In this document: positions 47,638-55,707 of the stretch, in pieces
How the letters are laid out: the number at the start of each line of letters is the position of its first letter
Position numbering within the stretch: the first letter of the stretch is position 1
Assembly: GCA_040751795.1 (NCBI GenBank)
Contig: JBFMHR010000002.1
Span: forward strand, 340,091 to 404,090
Reading direction: 5' to 3'
DNA length: 64,000 nucleotides
Origin: Thermoplasmatota archaeon
GTDB taxonomy: Archaea > Thermoplasmatota > Thermoplasmata > UBA10834
The notes under the pieces: generated by a model
Database searches by the model: none
What the model saw: only the letters and a program-made list of their open reading frames with translations
What the model was told of the DNA's origin: nothing
Program-made: the position numbers and the translations under genes

Positions 47638-47662
47638 GTGCCCGCTTGTGGAAGTCTGGGAG

Positions 47663-47734
47663 TGGACCGTGTGGGATTTGAACCCACGGCCTCTTGCTTG
47701 CGAAGCAAGCGATCTTCCGCTGATCTAACGGCCC
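47663..47734 (-). tRNA. tRNA-Ala(CGC)
   Basis: GGGCCGT/ACGGTCC with G3.U70, CTTGC-TT-CGC-AA-GCAAG anticodon arm, GTTCAAATC T loop. Confidence 0.95.
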
Positions 47735-47777
47735 GTGTGGTGGTTGGGGAGAAAAGCCGGCCTATTTCTACCTTTGC

Positions 47778-49115
47778 TCACGATACTATTCTGAGGATGT
47801 TGTCCACGGTCTGACCCGTGGTGCCCAGGTACGCCCTGGGGTCCAGGGCGGCGTCTATCTCCTTCTCCGAGAGGAGCGACGTGACGCTCTTGCTGGCCAT
47901 CAGGTAGGACTTGAAGTCCTCGCAGGCCCGCTGGGACTCCATGCTGCACTTCCTGATGAGCTCATGGGCGTCCTGCCTCCCCATGCCCTTGCCCACGAGG
48001 GCGAGTATGACCGACTCCGCCATGATGACGCTCCCGGCCCTGGCCAGGTTGCGCTCCATCTGCTCCCTGTTGACGACCAGGCCGGCGAAGAGCTTGGTCA
48101 TCTTGGCCAGCATGTCGTCCAGGAGTATGAACGAGTGGGGGACGAAGAACCTCTCCGCCGACGAGTTGGTGAGGTCCCTCTCGTGCCACAGGACGGCGCT
48201 CTCGAAGGAGGGGGTCATGAAGCCCCTGACTATCCGGGCGAGGCCGCAGACGTTCTCGGCCGTCACGGGGTTCTTCTTGTGGGCCATGGTCGAGCTGCCC
48301 ACCTGGTTGTTCTCGTCGAAGGGCTCGGAGACCTCGGCTATCTCCCCCCTCTGGAGGTTCCTGACCTCCGTCGCGAACTTCTCGACCGAGCAGGCGATGT
48401 TGCAGAGGAGGCCCATGAGCTCCACGTACCTGTCCCTGGCGACTATCTGGGTGGGGCCCTCCTCGACCCCGAGGCCGAGCTCCTCCATGACCGCGCTCTG
48501 GATCTCCGGGGCCTTGGGGCCGAAGCCCGCGCCCGTGCCCACGGCGCCGCTCATCTTGCCGACCAGTATCCTCGCGGAGCACTCCCTGAGCCTCTGCTCG
48601 TGCCTGTGGACCTCGAGGGCGTAGTTCCCGACCTTGAGGCCGAAGGTTATCGGCAGGGCGTACTGCCCGTGGGTCCTGCCGACCATGATCGTGTCCCTGT
48701 TCTCCCTCGCCCTCTGGGCGAGGGCCCTCCTGAACTCGGCGAGGTCCTTCTCGAGGACCGCGATGGCGTCCTTGATCTGAAGGGCGGCGGCGGTGTCGAG
48801 TATGTCGTTGGAGGTCGCCCCCACGTGGACGTACTTGCCGCTCTCGCCGCACTGCTCGCTCAGGGCCCTTATCAGGGCGGTTATCTCGTGGTTGATCTTG
48901 GCGTCGATCTCCTGGACCCGGGCGAGCTTGACGTACCGGGTCGAGGCGGTCTTCTTGATGATGTCGGCGTGGTCGCGCTTGACGTTCCCCACCTTGGCGT
49001 GCGCCAGGGCGAGGGCGGCCTCGACGTCCAGGAGGCGCTGGAGCCTGTTCTCCTCGTCGAATATGGCCTTCATCGCGGGCCTGCCGTACCTGAAATCCAA
49101 TGGACAGACTGGCAT
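47778..49115 (-). CDS. purB: Adenylosuccinate lyase
   Basis: HVGATSND, GRTHGQ, GSSTMAHKKNP, HERDLTNSS; ATG 49115. Confidence 0.95.
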   Translation of the reverse strand: MPVCPLDFRYGRPAMKAIFDEENRLQRLLDVEAALALAHAKVGNVKRDHADIIKKTASTRYVKLARVQEIDAKINHEITALIRALSEQCGESGKYVHVGATSNDILDTAAALQIKDAIAVLEKDLAEFRRALAQRARENRDTIMVGRTHGQYALPITFGLKVGNYALEVHRHEQRLRECSARILVGKMSGAVGTGAGFGPKAPEIQSAVMEELGLGVEEGPTQIVARDRYVELMGLLCNIACSVEKFATEVRNLQRGEIAEVSEPFDENNQVGSSTMAHKKNPVTAENVCGLARIVRGFMTPSFESAVLWHERDLTNSSAERFFVPHSFILLDDMLAKMTKLFAGLVVNREQMERNLARAGSVIMAESVILALVGKGMGRQDAHELIRKCSMESQRACEDFKSYLMASKSVTSLLSEKEIDAALDPRAYLGTTGQTVDNILRIVS

Positions 49116-49266
49116 GGGGTATCTTCCCCTCGGCAGTAGATAATCCCGGGGGAGATAATGGTTTCGCGCCGAGGGGCGCCGGCCGCTGGCGGGACTACTT
49201 ATCAGCACTGATAACCTGAAGAAAACCTGCTTAAATGGCGCCGTGGCTCTCAATACCAGAGCCCAC

Positions 49267-49641
49267 ATGACGCCCGAAGAGAGATCGAAGGAAGTGTCCA
49301 AGCTCCTTGCGGACGACTACTCCCAGAAGATACTCGCGTTCACATACACCTCCCCGATGTCGGCCCAGAGGCTGAGCAAGGTCTGCAGGATCCCCATCGC
49401 CGCATGCTACAGGAGGATCCACGAGCTCGAGGACGCCGGGCTCATAACCGTGGACCGCGAGAAGGAGGTCTACAAGGGGCGGAAGGTGCGGCTGTACAGG
49501 TGCAGGCTCAAGTCCGCCTCGATCAAGTTCCACAACGGCAGGTTCGTCACGAGGTACGACACCTGGCCGGACAACGGCGCGCCGGAGCAGGTCCTCGGCC
49601 CGGAGGCCCCCTTCCCCGTCCCCGGCCCGTCCTCAGCCTGA
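49267..49641 (+). CDS. Winged-helix (ArsR-like) transcriptional regulator
   Basis: LADDYSQKIL...MSAQRLS...IPIAACYRRIHELEDAGL. Confidence 0.85.
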   Translation: MTPEERSKEVSKLLADDYSQKILAFTYTSPMSAQRLSKVCRIPIAACYRRIHELEDAGLITVDREKEVYKGRKVRLYRCRLKSASIKFHNGRFVTRYDTWPDNGAPEQVLGPEAPFPVPGPSSA

Positions 49642-50229
49642 CCTCGGGGCCCTTCTGTCGAGCTCGTTGTTCACGAGCGTTATGCAGTGGTCCGCGTGGT
49701 AGCTTATGGGCCCCAGGGAGACCTTCGTGGGCTCGTAGTCCATGAGGATCTCCTCCTCCTCGGGGGTGAGGTCCTGGTCGTCGCCGAGGACGAAGGTGCA
49801 GTCCTGGCCCAGTTCGATCTGCCTTATGTCCTGCCCGTCCTCCTTGAGGTAGAATATCCTCGACTCCTTCGATATGTTGGACAGGACCTCCCTGTAGTCC
49901 CTTTCCGAGACGTAGATGCCCGGCGAGCACCTCCTCTCGCCCTCCCCCCTCTGGAGGAGGGCGTTCCTTATCAGGGCGGCCGTGCTGCGCTCGTCCGGGT
50001 TGAGGTACTTGACCTCCGAGCCGTCGATCCTCACCGTCTTGGGCGGGTTGGGCTCGCCCAGGAGCATCAGGGCTATCTCGACGTCCTTCCTTATCGCGTG
50101 GGAGAGGAAGAACGCGGAGTTGACGCACCTGAGGAGTATGTCGAGCCTGCCGGTCGAGCCGCACAGGTCGTCGAGCTTGAAGTCCGCGGACGTGATGGCC
50201 CTGTGGCCCAGGACGACGAACCTCCTCAT
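49633..50229 (-). CDS. trmY: tRNA (pseudouridine54-N1)-methyltransferase
   Basis: MRRFVV, GRLDILLRC, FLSHAIR, NPDERS, SLGP...HADHCI...ELD. Confidence 0.92.
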   Translation of the reverse strand: MRRFVVLGHRAITSADFKLDDLCGSTGRLDILLRCVNSAFFLSHAIRKDVEIALMLLGEPNPPKTVRIDGSEVKYLNPDERSTAALIRNALLQRGEGERRCSPGIYVSERDYREVLSNISKESRIFYLKEDGQDIRQIELGQDCTFVLGDDQDLTPEEEEILMDYEPTKVSLGPISYHADHCITLVNNELDRRAPRSG

Positions 50230-50231
50230 CC

Positions 50232-51575
50232 TCAGGCCCCCTTCGCGGATATGTCCGCGTCCTTGAACTGTTTCATGAGCTGGCGCCGGACCTTCCTGTT
50301 GCCCATGAAGCCCTTCATGGCCTTCTTGGACATGTTGTACTGCTTCAGGAGCTCCTTGACGTCCTTGGGGGTGGTCCCGCTCCCCCTCGCTATCCGGATG
50401 ACCCTCGAGGACTTGATGACCTTCGGGTCCTCGAGCTCCTCGTCCGTCATGGAGTCCATTATGACCCTGAACCTCTGGAGGCGCTCCTGCGTGGCCTCCA
50501 TGTCCTGCTCCTTGATCTTGTCGGCGAAGCCAGGCAGCATCGAGGTGATCTTCTTGAGGGGGCCCATGCCCTGGAGCATCTCCATCTGGTCGTACATGTC
50601 CTTGAGGGAGAACTTGCCGGAGAGCATCTTCCGGGCGGCCTCCTCGGCCTTCTCCTCGTCGACCACCTGGCTCGCGCTCTCGATGAGGGACTTCAGGTCC
50701 CCCATCCCCAGCATCCTGCTTATGAACCTGTCCGGGTCGAAGCGCTCGAGGTCCTCCAGGTGCTCTCCGACGCCGATGTAGCATATGGGCGCGCCGGTCT
50801 CGGCGACCGCGCTGAGGGCGCCGCCGCCCTTGGCGGTGCCGTCGAGCTTGGTTATGATGACCCCGGTGAGGCCCACCGCGTCGTGGAACGCCTTGGCCTG
50901 GGGCCCGGCCTGCTGGCCCGTCTGGGCGTCGAGGACGAGGATCTTCTGCTCCGCGTCGACCGTCTTGGCGACGTCCTCGATCTCCCTGATGAGCCCGTCC
51001 TCGAGGGAGTGCCTCCCCGAGGTGTCGAATATGATGACGTCGTAGCCGTCGAACTCCTTCAGCGCCCTCTTGGCGATCTTCGTGGCGCTCTTCTCCCTGG
51101 GGTCGCCGAACACGGGGACGTTGAGCTTGGCGCCCAGCTGGACGAGCTGGTCGTAGGCGGCGGGCCTGTGGACGTCCGCCGCCACTAGCCCCACCTTCAT
51201 CCCCCTCTTGTGGAGGTCCTTGGCCAGCTTCCCGGAGGTGGTGGTCTTCCCCTGCCCGTACAGGCCGACCATGAGTATCCTTTGGGGCTTGGCGGGGATC
51301 TCCTTCCCCTTGCCGAGGATCCTGACCAGCTCCTCGTAGACGATCCTGATGACGTGCTCCCTCGGGCTCATCCCCGCCGGGGGCTTCTCGGTGAGCGCCC
51401 GGTCCTCCAACTCCTTGGTCATCCGGAGGACCAGCTTCACGTTGACATCGGCCTGGAGGAGCGCGCGCTGGACGTCCTTGACGACCTCCTTCACCAGCTT
51501 CTGGTCGACGTGCGAGGCGTTCGCTATCTTCTTGATCGCGTCCCTGAGCGCCCCGCCGAGCCCTTCCAGCACCAT
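50232..51575 (-). CDS. srp54: Signal recognition particle protein SRP54
   Basis: [34 protein letters not shown]-domain [11 protein letters not shown]. Confidence 0.96.
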   Translation of the reverse strand: MVLEGLGGALRDAIKKIANASHVDQKLVKEVVKDVQRALLQADVNVKLVLRMTKELEDRALTEKPPAGMSPREHVIRIVYEELVRILGKGKEIPAKPQRILMVGLYGQGKTTTSGKLAKDLHKRGMKVGLVAADVHRPAAYDQLVQLGAKLNVPVFGDPREKSATKIAKRALKEFDGYDVIIFDTSGRHSLEDGLIREIEDVAKTVDAEQKILVLDAQTGQQAGPQAKAFHDAVGLTGVIITKLDGTAKGGGALSAVAETGAPICYIGVGEHLEDLERFDPDRFISRMLGMGDLKSLIESASQVVDEEKAEEAARKMLSGKFSLKDMYDQMEMLQGMGPLKKITSMLPGFADKIKEQDMEATQERLQRFRVIMDSMTDEELEDPKVIKSSRVIRIARGSGTTPKDVKELLKQYNMSKKAMKGFMGNRKVRRQLMKQFKDADISAKGA

Positions 51576-51643
51576 TCAGACCGACCTCCGCGCTAACGCT
51601 CCACTGCGGATAAATATGTTGTGCAGAGAGCGCCTGGACGAAC

Positions 51644-51718
51644 AAAAAAAGGGAAGGGAAGGGCTAGCCTTGTCAGAAGGGATGGGATGCACTCTAACAA
51701 CTAGCCCAAAATTTCCCT
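51644..51718 (-). ncRNA. Candidate ~75-nt hairpin sRNA with a C-rich antisense loop
   Basis: TTTAAATA box 51747-51740; stems AGGGAA/UUCCCU, GGGCUAG/CUAGCCC, UUGUUAGA/UCUGACAA; loop GUGCAUCCCAUCCCU; U7 tail. Confidence 0.7.
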
Positions 51719-51878
51719 GATGATATATTATCCGTGTGCTATTTAAACTTATCGAGCCGCGGCTTAAATACCTTGCGCGGCCCCCGCCCCCTCCCCGGGG
51801 ACCTAGCCAGCATGTCCTGCGGGGAACGTCGCTTTTCATACTGGCGCATACCCCCTGTTCCGGTGCTGCATGTGCAGG

Positions 51879-52754
51879 TCACATGTACCCGGACTTCTGG
51901 AGGACCATTATGTCCTCCGTGCTGAGCTTCTCGCCGCTCTTGAACTTGTCGAAGATCTCCTCGGCCTCCCGCTTCGCGGTGTCGTCGTCCTTCTCCTTCC
52001 GCGCCTTGCGGGTCTTGTCCCTGATGCCGGAGATGAGCTTGTCGAAGTCGTGGACCTGCCTTATGTGGTCAATGTGCTGCCTGTGCTCCTCGTCCGCGGT
52101 CAGCTTCGCCTCTATGAACTTCTCCTGGGCGTCGTCGGCCTCCTTCCTGAGCCTGTCCGCCTCCTCGTAGAGCTTGAGCATGGCGTCGTGCTCGGCCTGG
52201 GCCTTCTCGGCGAACTCGGAGACCTGCCTGTGGAACCCCTCGGCGAGCTCCTTCGCGTCGTGGGCCTCCTGCTCGGCGACCTTGACCTCCGTGAACTGCT
52301 CCATCTCCTTCTCCATGGCCTTGATCCTCTTGGAGAGCTCGCCCATCTCCTCGACCAGGGCCCTCTCCTTCTCCACGGACAGGACGGACGTCATGTGCCT
52401 CTTCTCGAGGGCCCTGAGCTCGGCCTTGAACTTCCGTATGGACTGGCCGCTCCTGGGCATCTTCTCGCGCTTGAGGTCGATGACCTTGTCGCTGAGCTCG
52501 TTGAACTTCCTGTTGTACTCGTCCCGCTTGGCCTTGACCTCCCTGACCTCGGCGTTGAGCTTGTCCCTCATCTCGCGCTTGGCGTTCGCCTCCTCGATGA
52601 GCCTCCTGACCTGGGCGTTGAGTTGGTCCCTGCGGTCCGCCCACTCGCGGGTCTTCTCGTTGAGCTCGTCCCGCTGCCTCTTGTGGCGCTCGGCGTCCGA
52701 GTTGTGGCGGGCCCTCTTCTCTTCGAGTTCAGGAATCAGCTCGGTCTCAGTCAT
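51879..52754 (-). CDS. Archaeal coiled-coil protein (COG1340-like)
   Basis: Repeated RDELN/RDQLN/RDKLN heptads; C-terminal FKSGEKLSTEDI. Confidence 0.85.
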   Translation of the reverse strand: MTETELIPELEEKRARHNSDAERHKRQRDELNEKTREWADRRDQLNAQVRRLIEEANAKREMRDKLNAEVREVKAKRDEYNRKFNELSDKVIDLKREKMPRSGQSIRKFKAELRALEKRHMTSVLSVEKERALVEEMGELSKRIKAMEKEMEQFTEVKVAEQEAHDAKELAEGFHRQVSEFAEKAQAEHDAMLKLYEEADRLRKEADDAQEKFIEAKLTADEEHRQHIDHIRQVHDFDKLISGIRDKTRKARKEKDDDTAKREAEEIFDKFKSGEKLSTEDIMVLQKSGYM

Positions 52755-53047
52755 GCGAACTACCAACGCCGTCAGAACATGCTGTCAGTCTGGACGCAGT
52801 CAGGACAATACTAGGTCCCGTTTATATCTTTTTCTATCGATGGCTCTCGGTTGTGGGAGGGCCGGGACGGGGGCCAGTCCGCCATGGGCGGCGGCGCGGA
52901 CGCGGTCGGGGGGCCTTCGGCGAGTGCGAGCCAGCATGTCGCGGTGTTATCATGGCTGATTACCGGGACGACACCCGTATAAGTCCCCCGGGCGTTAGTT
53001 CCAACAACGAGCTAGCACTGGGCTCGGAGGGTTCGCAGGAGGACGGT

Positions 53048-53785
53048 ATGTCAGTTCCCGAAGCCGCTCCGGAGAGATACGCGACGAGGCGCCTGAAGAG
53101 GCCAGCCCCGGCCTCGTTCACGTGCTTCCAGTGCGGCGCCCAGGTGTCATACGACTCCGACAGGTGCCCCGACTGCAAGGCGTTCTACATCAAGGACGTG
53201 AGGCCGGAGGACGTCGACGAGCTCCTGCGCGCGGAGCAGGCTCGCGACCCCAACATGGACGAGATCATGAAGGCCCACCCCTCCCCGCTCGTGCACTTCG
53301 ACGGCGAGCTGAGCCTCATGAGGCTCCTGGAGGACGAGAAGACCGACCCTGGTTTCGTCTCCGAGTGCTCGCACTGCGGGACGGTGGTCGAGGTCGACAC
53401 GGACAGGTGCCCGATGTGCGGCACGCCGCTGGACGGGGACGACGAGGGCCTCGTCGGGGTGTTCAAGGACATGGAGTTCGACCCGGCCCCCTTCGAGGAT
53501 GCCGACTGCCCGTTCTGCGGGGAGCACGTCGTGCTCGAATCGGGCTCGTGCCCCGAGTGCGGGAGGGCCCTCGACACGCACGACGAGGGGGACCCGACCC
53601 TGAAGGTCCTGCCGGTCCTCAGTGCCGACAACGTGGTCTTCCTTCACCTGGACATAGAGACTGGCGAGATCGACATACTGCAGCGGAACGCGGCGAGGCG
53701 CCGCTACGACCAGGCATCGGTTTTCCTGGACCTGGCGGACGGCGGCGGGCACGGACGGGGCAGGCCGGGCCTCTCGAGGAGCTGA
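53048..53785 (+). CDS. Multi zinc-ribbon protein
   Basis: Three CxxC...CPxC pairs (CFQC/CPDC, CSHC/CPMC, CPFC/CPEC). Confidence 0.8.
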   Translation: MSVPEAAPERYATRRLKRPAPASFTCFQCGAQVSYDSDRCPDCKAFYIKDVRPEDVDELLRAEQARDPNMDEIMKAHPSPLVHFDGELSLMRLLEDEKTDPGFVSECSHCGTVVEVDTDRCPMCGTPLDGDDEGLVGVFKDMEFDPAPFEDADCPFCGEHVVLESGSCPECGRALDTHDEGDPTLKVLPVLSADNVVFLHLDIETGEIDILQRNAARRRYDQASVFLDLADGGGHGRGRPGLSRS

Positions 53786-53799
53786 GGAGGGGCCATCAC

Positions 53800-54168
53800 A
53801 TGGATGCATTCGACAACTTCAGGCTGATGCTGGACGAGTACGCGTCGCAGATCCTGGCGCTCACAGCGGAGCGGGCCATGAACGCCACGGAGCTGAGCGA
53901 CGCGCTGGGCATTCCGATGGCCGCGTGCTACCGCAGGATCAGGATGCTCAAGGGCGCGGGCATGCTCCGGGAGCAGGAGAAGGCCGTCTCCGCGGGGGGC
54001 AAGTCCGTGTCGCTCTACAGGTCGACGGTGGAGTCGGCCGAGGTGGTCCTGACCGACGGCAGGCTGCAGGTCAAGATAAGGGCGAACGGGCAGGACTCAT
54101 CCGGCTCGGTGAGCCTGACGGACGAGGCGACCATGCTGCACTGGATGCCCCGGAAGGAAGGCGCCTGA
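53800..54168 (+). CDS. Winged-helix (ArsR-like) regulator, paralog of 49267-49641
   Basis: DEYASQIL...MNATELS...IPMAACYRRIRMLKGAG. Confidence 0.85.
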   Translation: MDAFDNFRLMLDEYASQILALTAERAMNATELSDALGIPMAACYRRIRMLKGAGMLREQEKAVSAGGKSVSLYRSTVESAEVVLTDGRLQVKIRANGQDSSGSVSLTDEATMLHWMPRKEGA

Positions 54169-54171
54169 GGC

Positions 54172-54864
54172 CTAGCCGGCCCTCTCCAGGTTGTCGGCCC
54201 TCTTCGTGTACATCCTGGCGTCGCTCTCGTGGAGCTTGCTCTTCTCCAGGAACTTGGCGGCCCTGGTCCGGTACTTCGCAGCCTTCTCCGTCTGGACCGC
54301 CGCCTTCGCCTCGAACTTCTTGGCGACGGCGTCGGCCTTCGCCGCCTTCTTCTCCAGGGAGGCCATCTTGTTCCTGAGCGCCTCCGGGCTGAGGTCGCTC
54401 TTCCCCTGGGCGGCCCCCCTGAGCTCCATGTCGTACTCCTTGACCTGGGTCCTGGCCTCCTTGGCCTTCTCGCGCCTGGCGTCGGCCTTCTCCCTGTACG
54501 CGACGGCCCTCGAGGAGCACTTCTGGCGCTTCGCCTCGTTGGTCTTGTACTTGTGGAAGAGCTTCGCCGCCGCGTGGCTGTGCTCGTGCGCCCTCTTCCT
54601 CAGGACGGTGACGTCGTGGTAGGCCTCGGCCTGCGCCCGGTCGGCCCTGGCGGTCTTGATCTGCTCCTCGTGCTCCTCGTCGGAGACCTCCTTGGGGGCC
54701 TCCTCCTCCGGCGCCTTCTCCTCGGCGGGCCTGGCCGGAACGGGCGTTGCCGCAGGCGTGACCTGCCTTGGCTTGTCCTTCTTCGTGAGGAAGAGATCGA
54801 GGTCGTCGTCCTTCGTCCTCTGGAAGTCCTTCTTCTTGTTGGCGCTTTCCTCCACGGGGCTCAT
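54172..54864 (-). CDS. Lys/Ala-rich coiled-coil hypothetical protein
   Basis: ATG 54864 after GGTGA; long helical K/A/E-rich region. Confidence 0.75.
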   Translation of the reverse strand: MSPVEESANKKKDFQRTKDDDLDLFLTKKDKPRQVTPAATPVPARPAEEKAPEEEAPKEVSDEEHEEQIKTARADRAQAEAYHDVTVLRKRAHEHSHAAAKLFHKYKTNEAKRQKCSSRAVAYREKADARREKAKEARTQVKEYDMELRGAAQGKSDLSPEALRNKMASLEKKAAKADAVAKKFEAKAAVQTEKAAKYRTRAAKFLEKSKLHESDARMYTKRADNLERAG

Positions 54865-55024
54865 CGAGTTCACCTTAAGCGAGAGACGGCTTCGCACGCG
54901 TCAAATCTCCCTTGTGAATGATAATCCTTTGGTCTTGGCCGCCGCGCGCTCGACGATAGAAGCCCATAAGGAACAACTTATATATCGGCGATGTTCTTGA
55001 GCAGAACCAGCGGAAGGGATTCGC

Positions 55025-55258
55025 ATGGTAAGGGCGTGCATATTGGTCTGCTGCAAGTTGCTGAAGACGAAGAAGGTGGTCGAGATCGCCAAGAAACAGC
55101 CAGGCGTCATCGACGCGTTCCCCGTCCACGGACGGTGGGACGTCGCGGTCGAGACGGAGGACCTGGACCTGGCGAAGATCGCCAAGGTGGGGATGACCAT
55201 CTACAGCGCCGAGGGCGTGGAGATCGTCGAGACCCTGATAGGGTTCCCCGAGGTGTGA
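55025..55258 (+). CDS. Stand-alone Lrp/AsnC ligand-binding (RAM) domain protein
   Basis: VRACILV...PGV...VHGRWDV...GV..VETLI. Confidence 0.8.
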   Translation: MVRACILVCCKLLKTKKVVEIAKKQPGVIDAFPVHGRWDVAVETEDLDLAKIAKVGMTIYSAEGVEIVETLIGFPEV

Positions 55259-55268
55259 GGTGGTACAC

Positions 55269-55490
55269 ATGGTAAAGGCAGTCGTCCTCGTCATGCTGGA
55301 GCCCAAGACGTACGTAGACGCGAACAAGATCACCAAGATACCCGGCGTCAGGTCCGGGTACCCGGTCTTCGGCCACTACGACTACGTGGCCTTCCTGGAC
55401 GTCCCCGGGCTGGAGAAGGTCGGCCAGATCGCCGACAAGATCCAGAAGCTCGGCTTCGTCAGGTACGTCGAGACGCTCATCGAGAGGTAG
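55269..55490 (+). CDS. Stand-alone Lrp/AsnC ligand-binding (RAM) domain protein
   Basis: VKAVVLV...IPGV...VFGHYDY...VETLI; tandem paralog of the previous gene. Confidence 0.8.
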   Translation: MVKAVVLVMLEPKTYVDANKITKIPGVRSGYPVFGHYDYVAFLDVPGLEKVGQIADKIQKLGFVRYVETLIER

Positions 55491-55707
55491 GCCGGCCGGC
55501 CTGCCCCCCGCGACCCAAACCATTTCGCACTCCTTATCCCCGTTCTCTCCCGGCACCTTCATCCGCTTATCGTACGCCGCTGTCGTTCCCGGCGGCGCTG
55601 GCGCAGGGCTGGCCGATGCACTTCCGAGGACACAATCGGCCCACTTAGTCGGTTAATCATTTATACGGGTAGCCTGATTCTGCGCCAGCCTAACGGGAGA
55701 GAGTAGG

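Noticed and set aside
49633-51645. 670-aa TrmY fusion ORF
   Set aside because: The upstream part is an alternate frame of srp54; TrmY starts at ATG 50229 with its own SD
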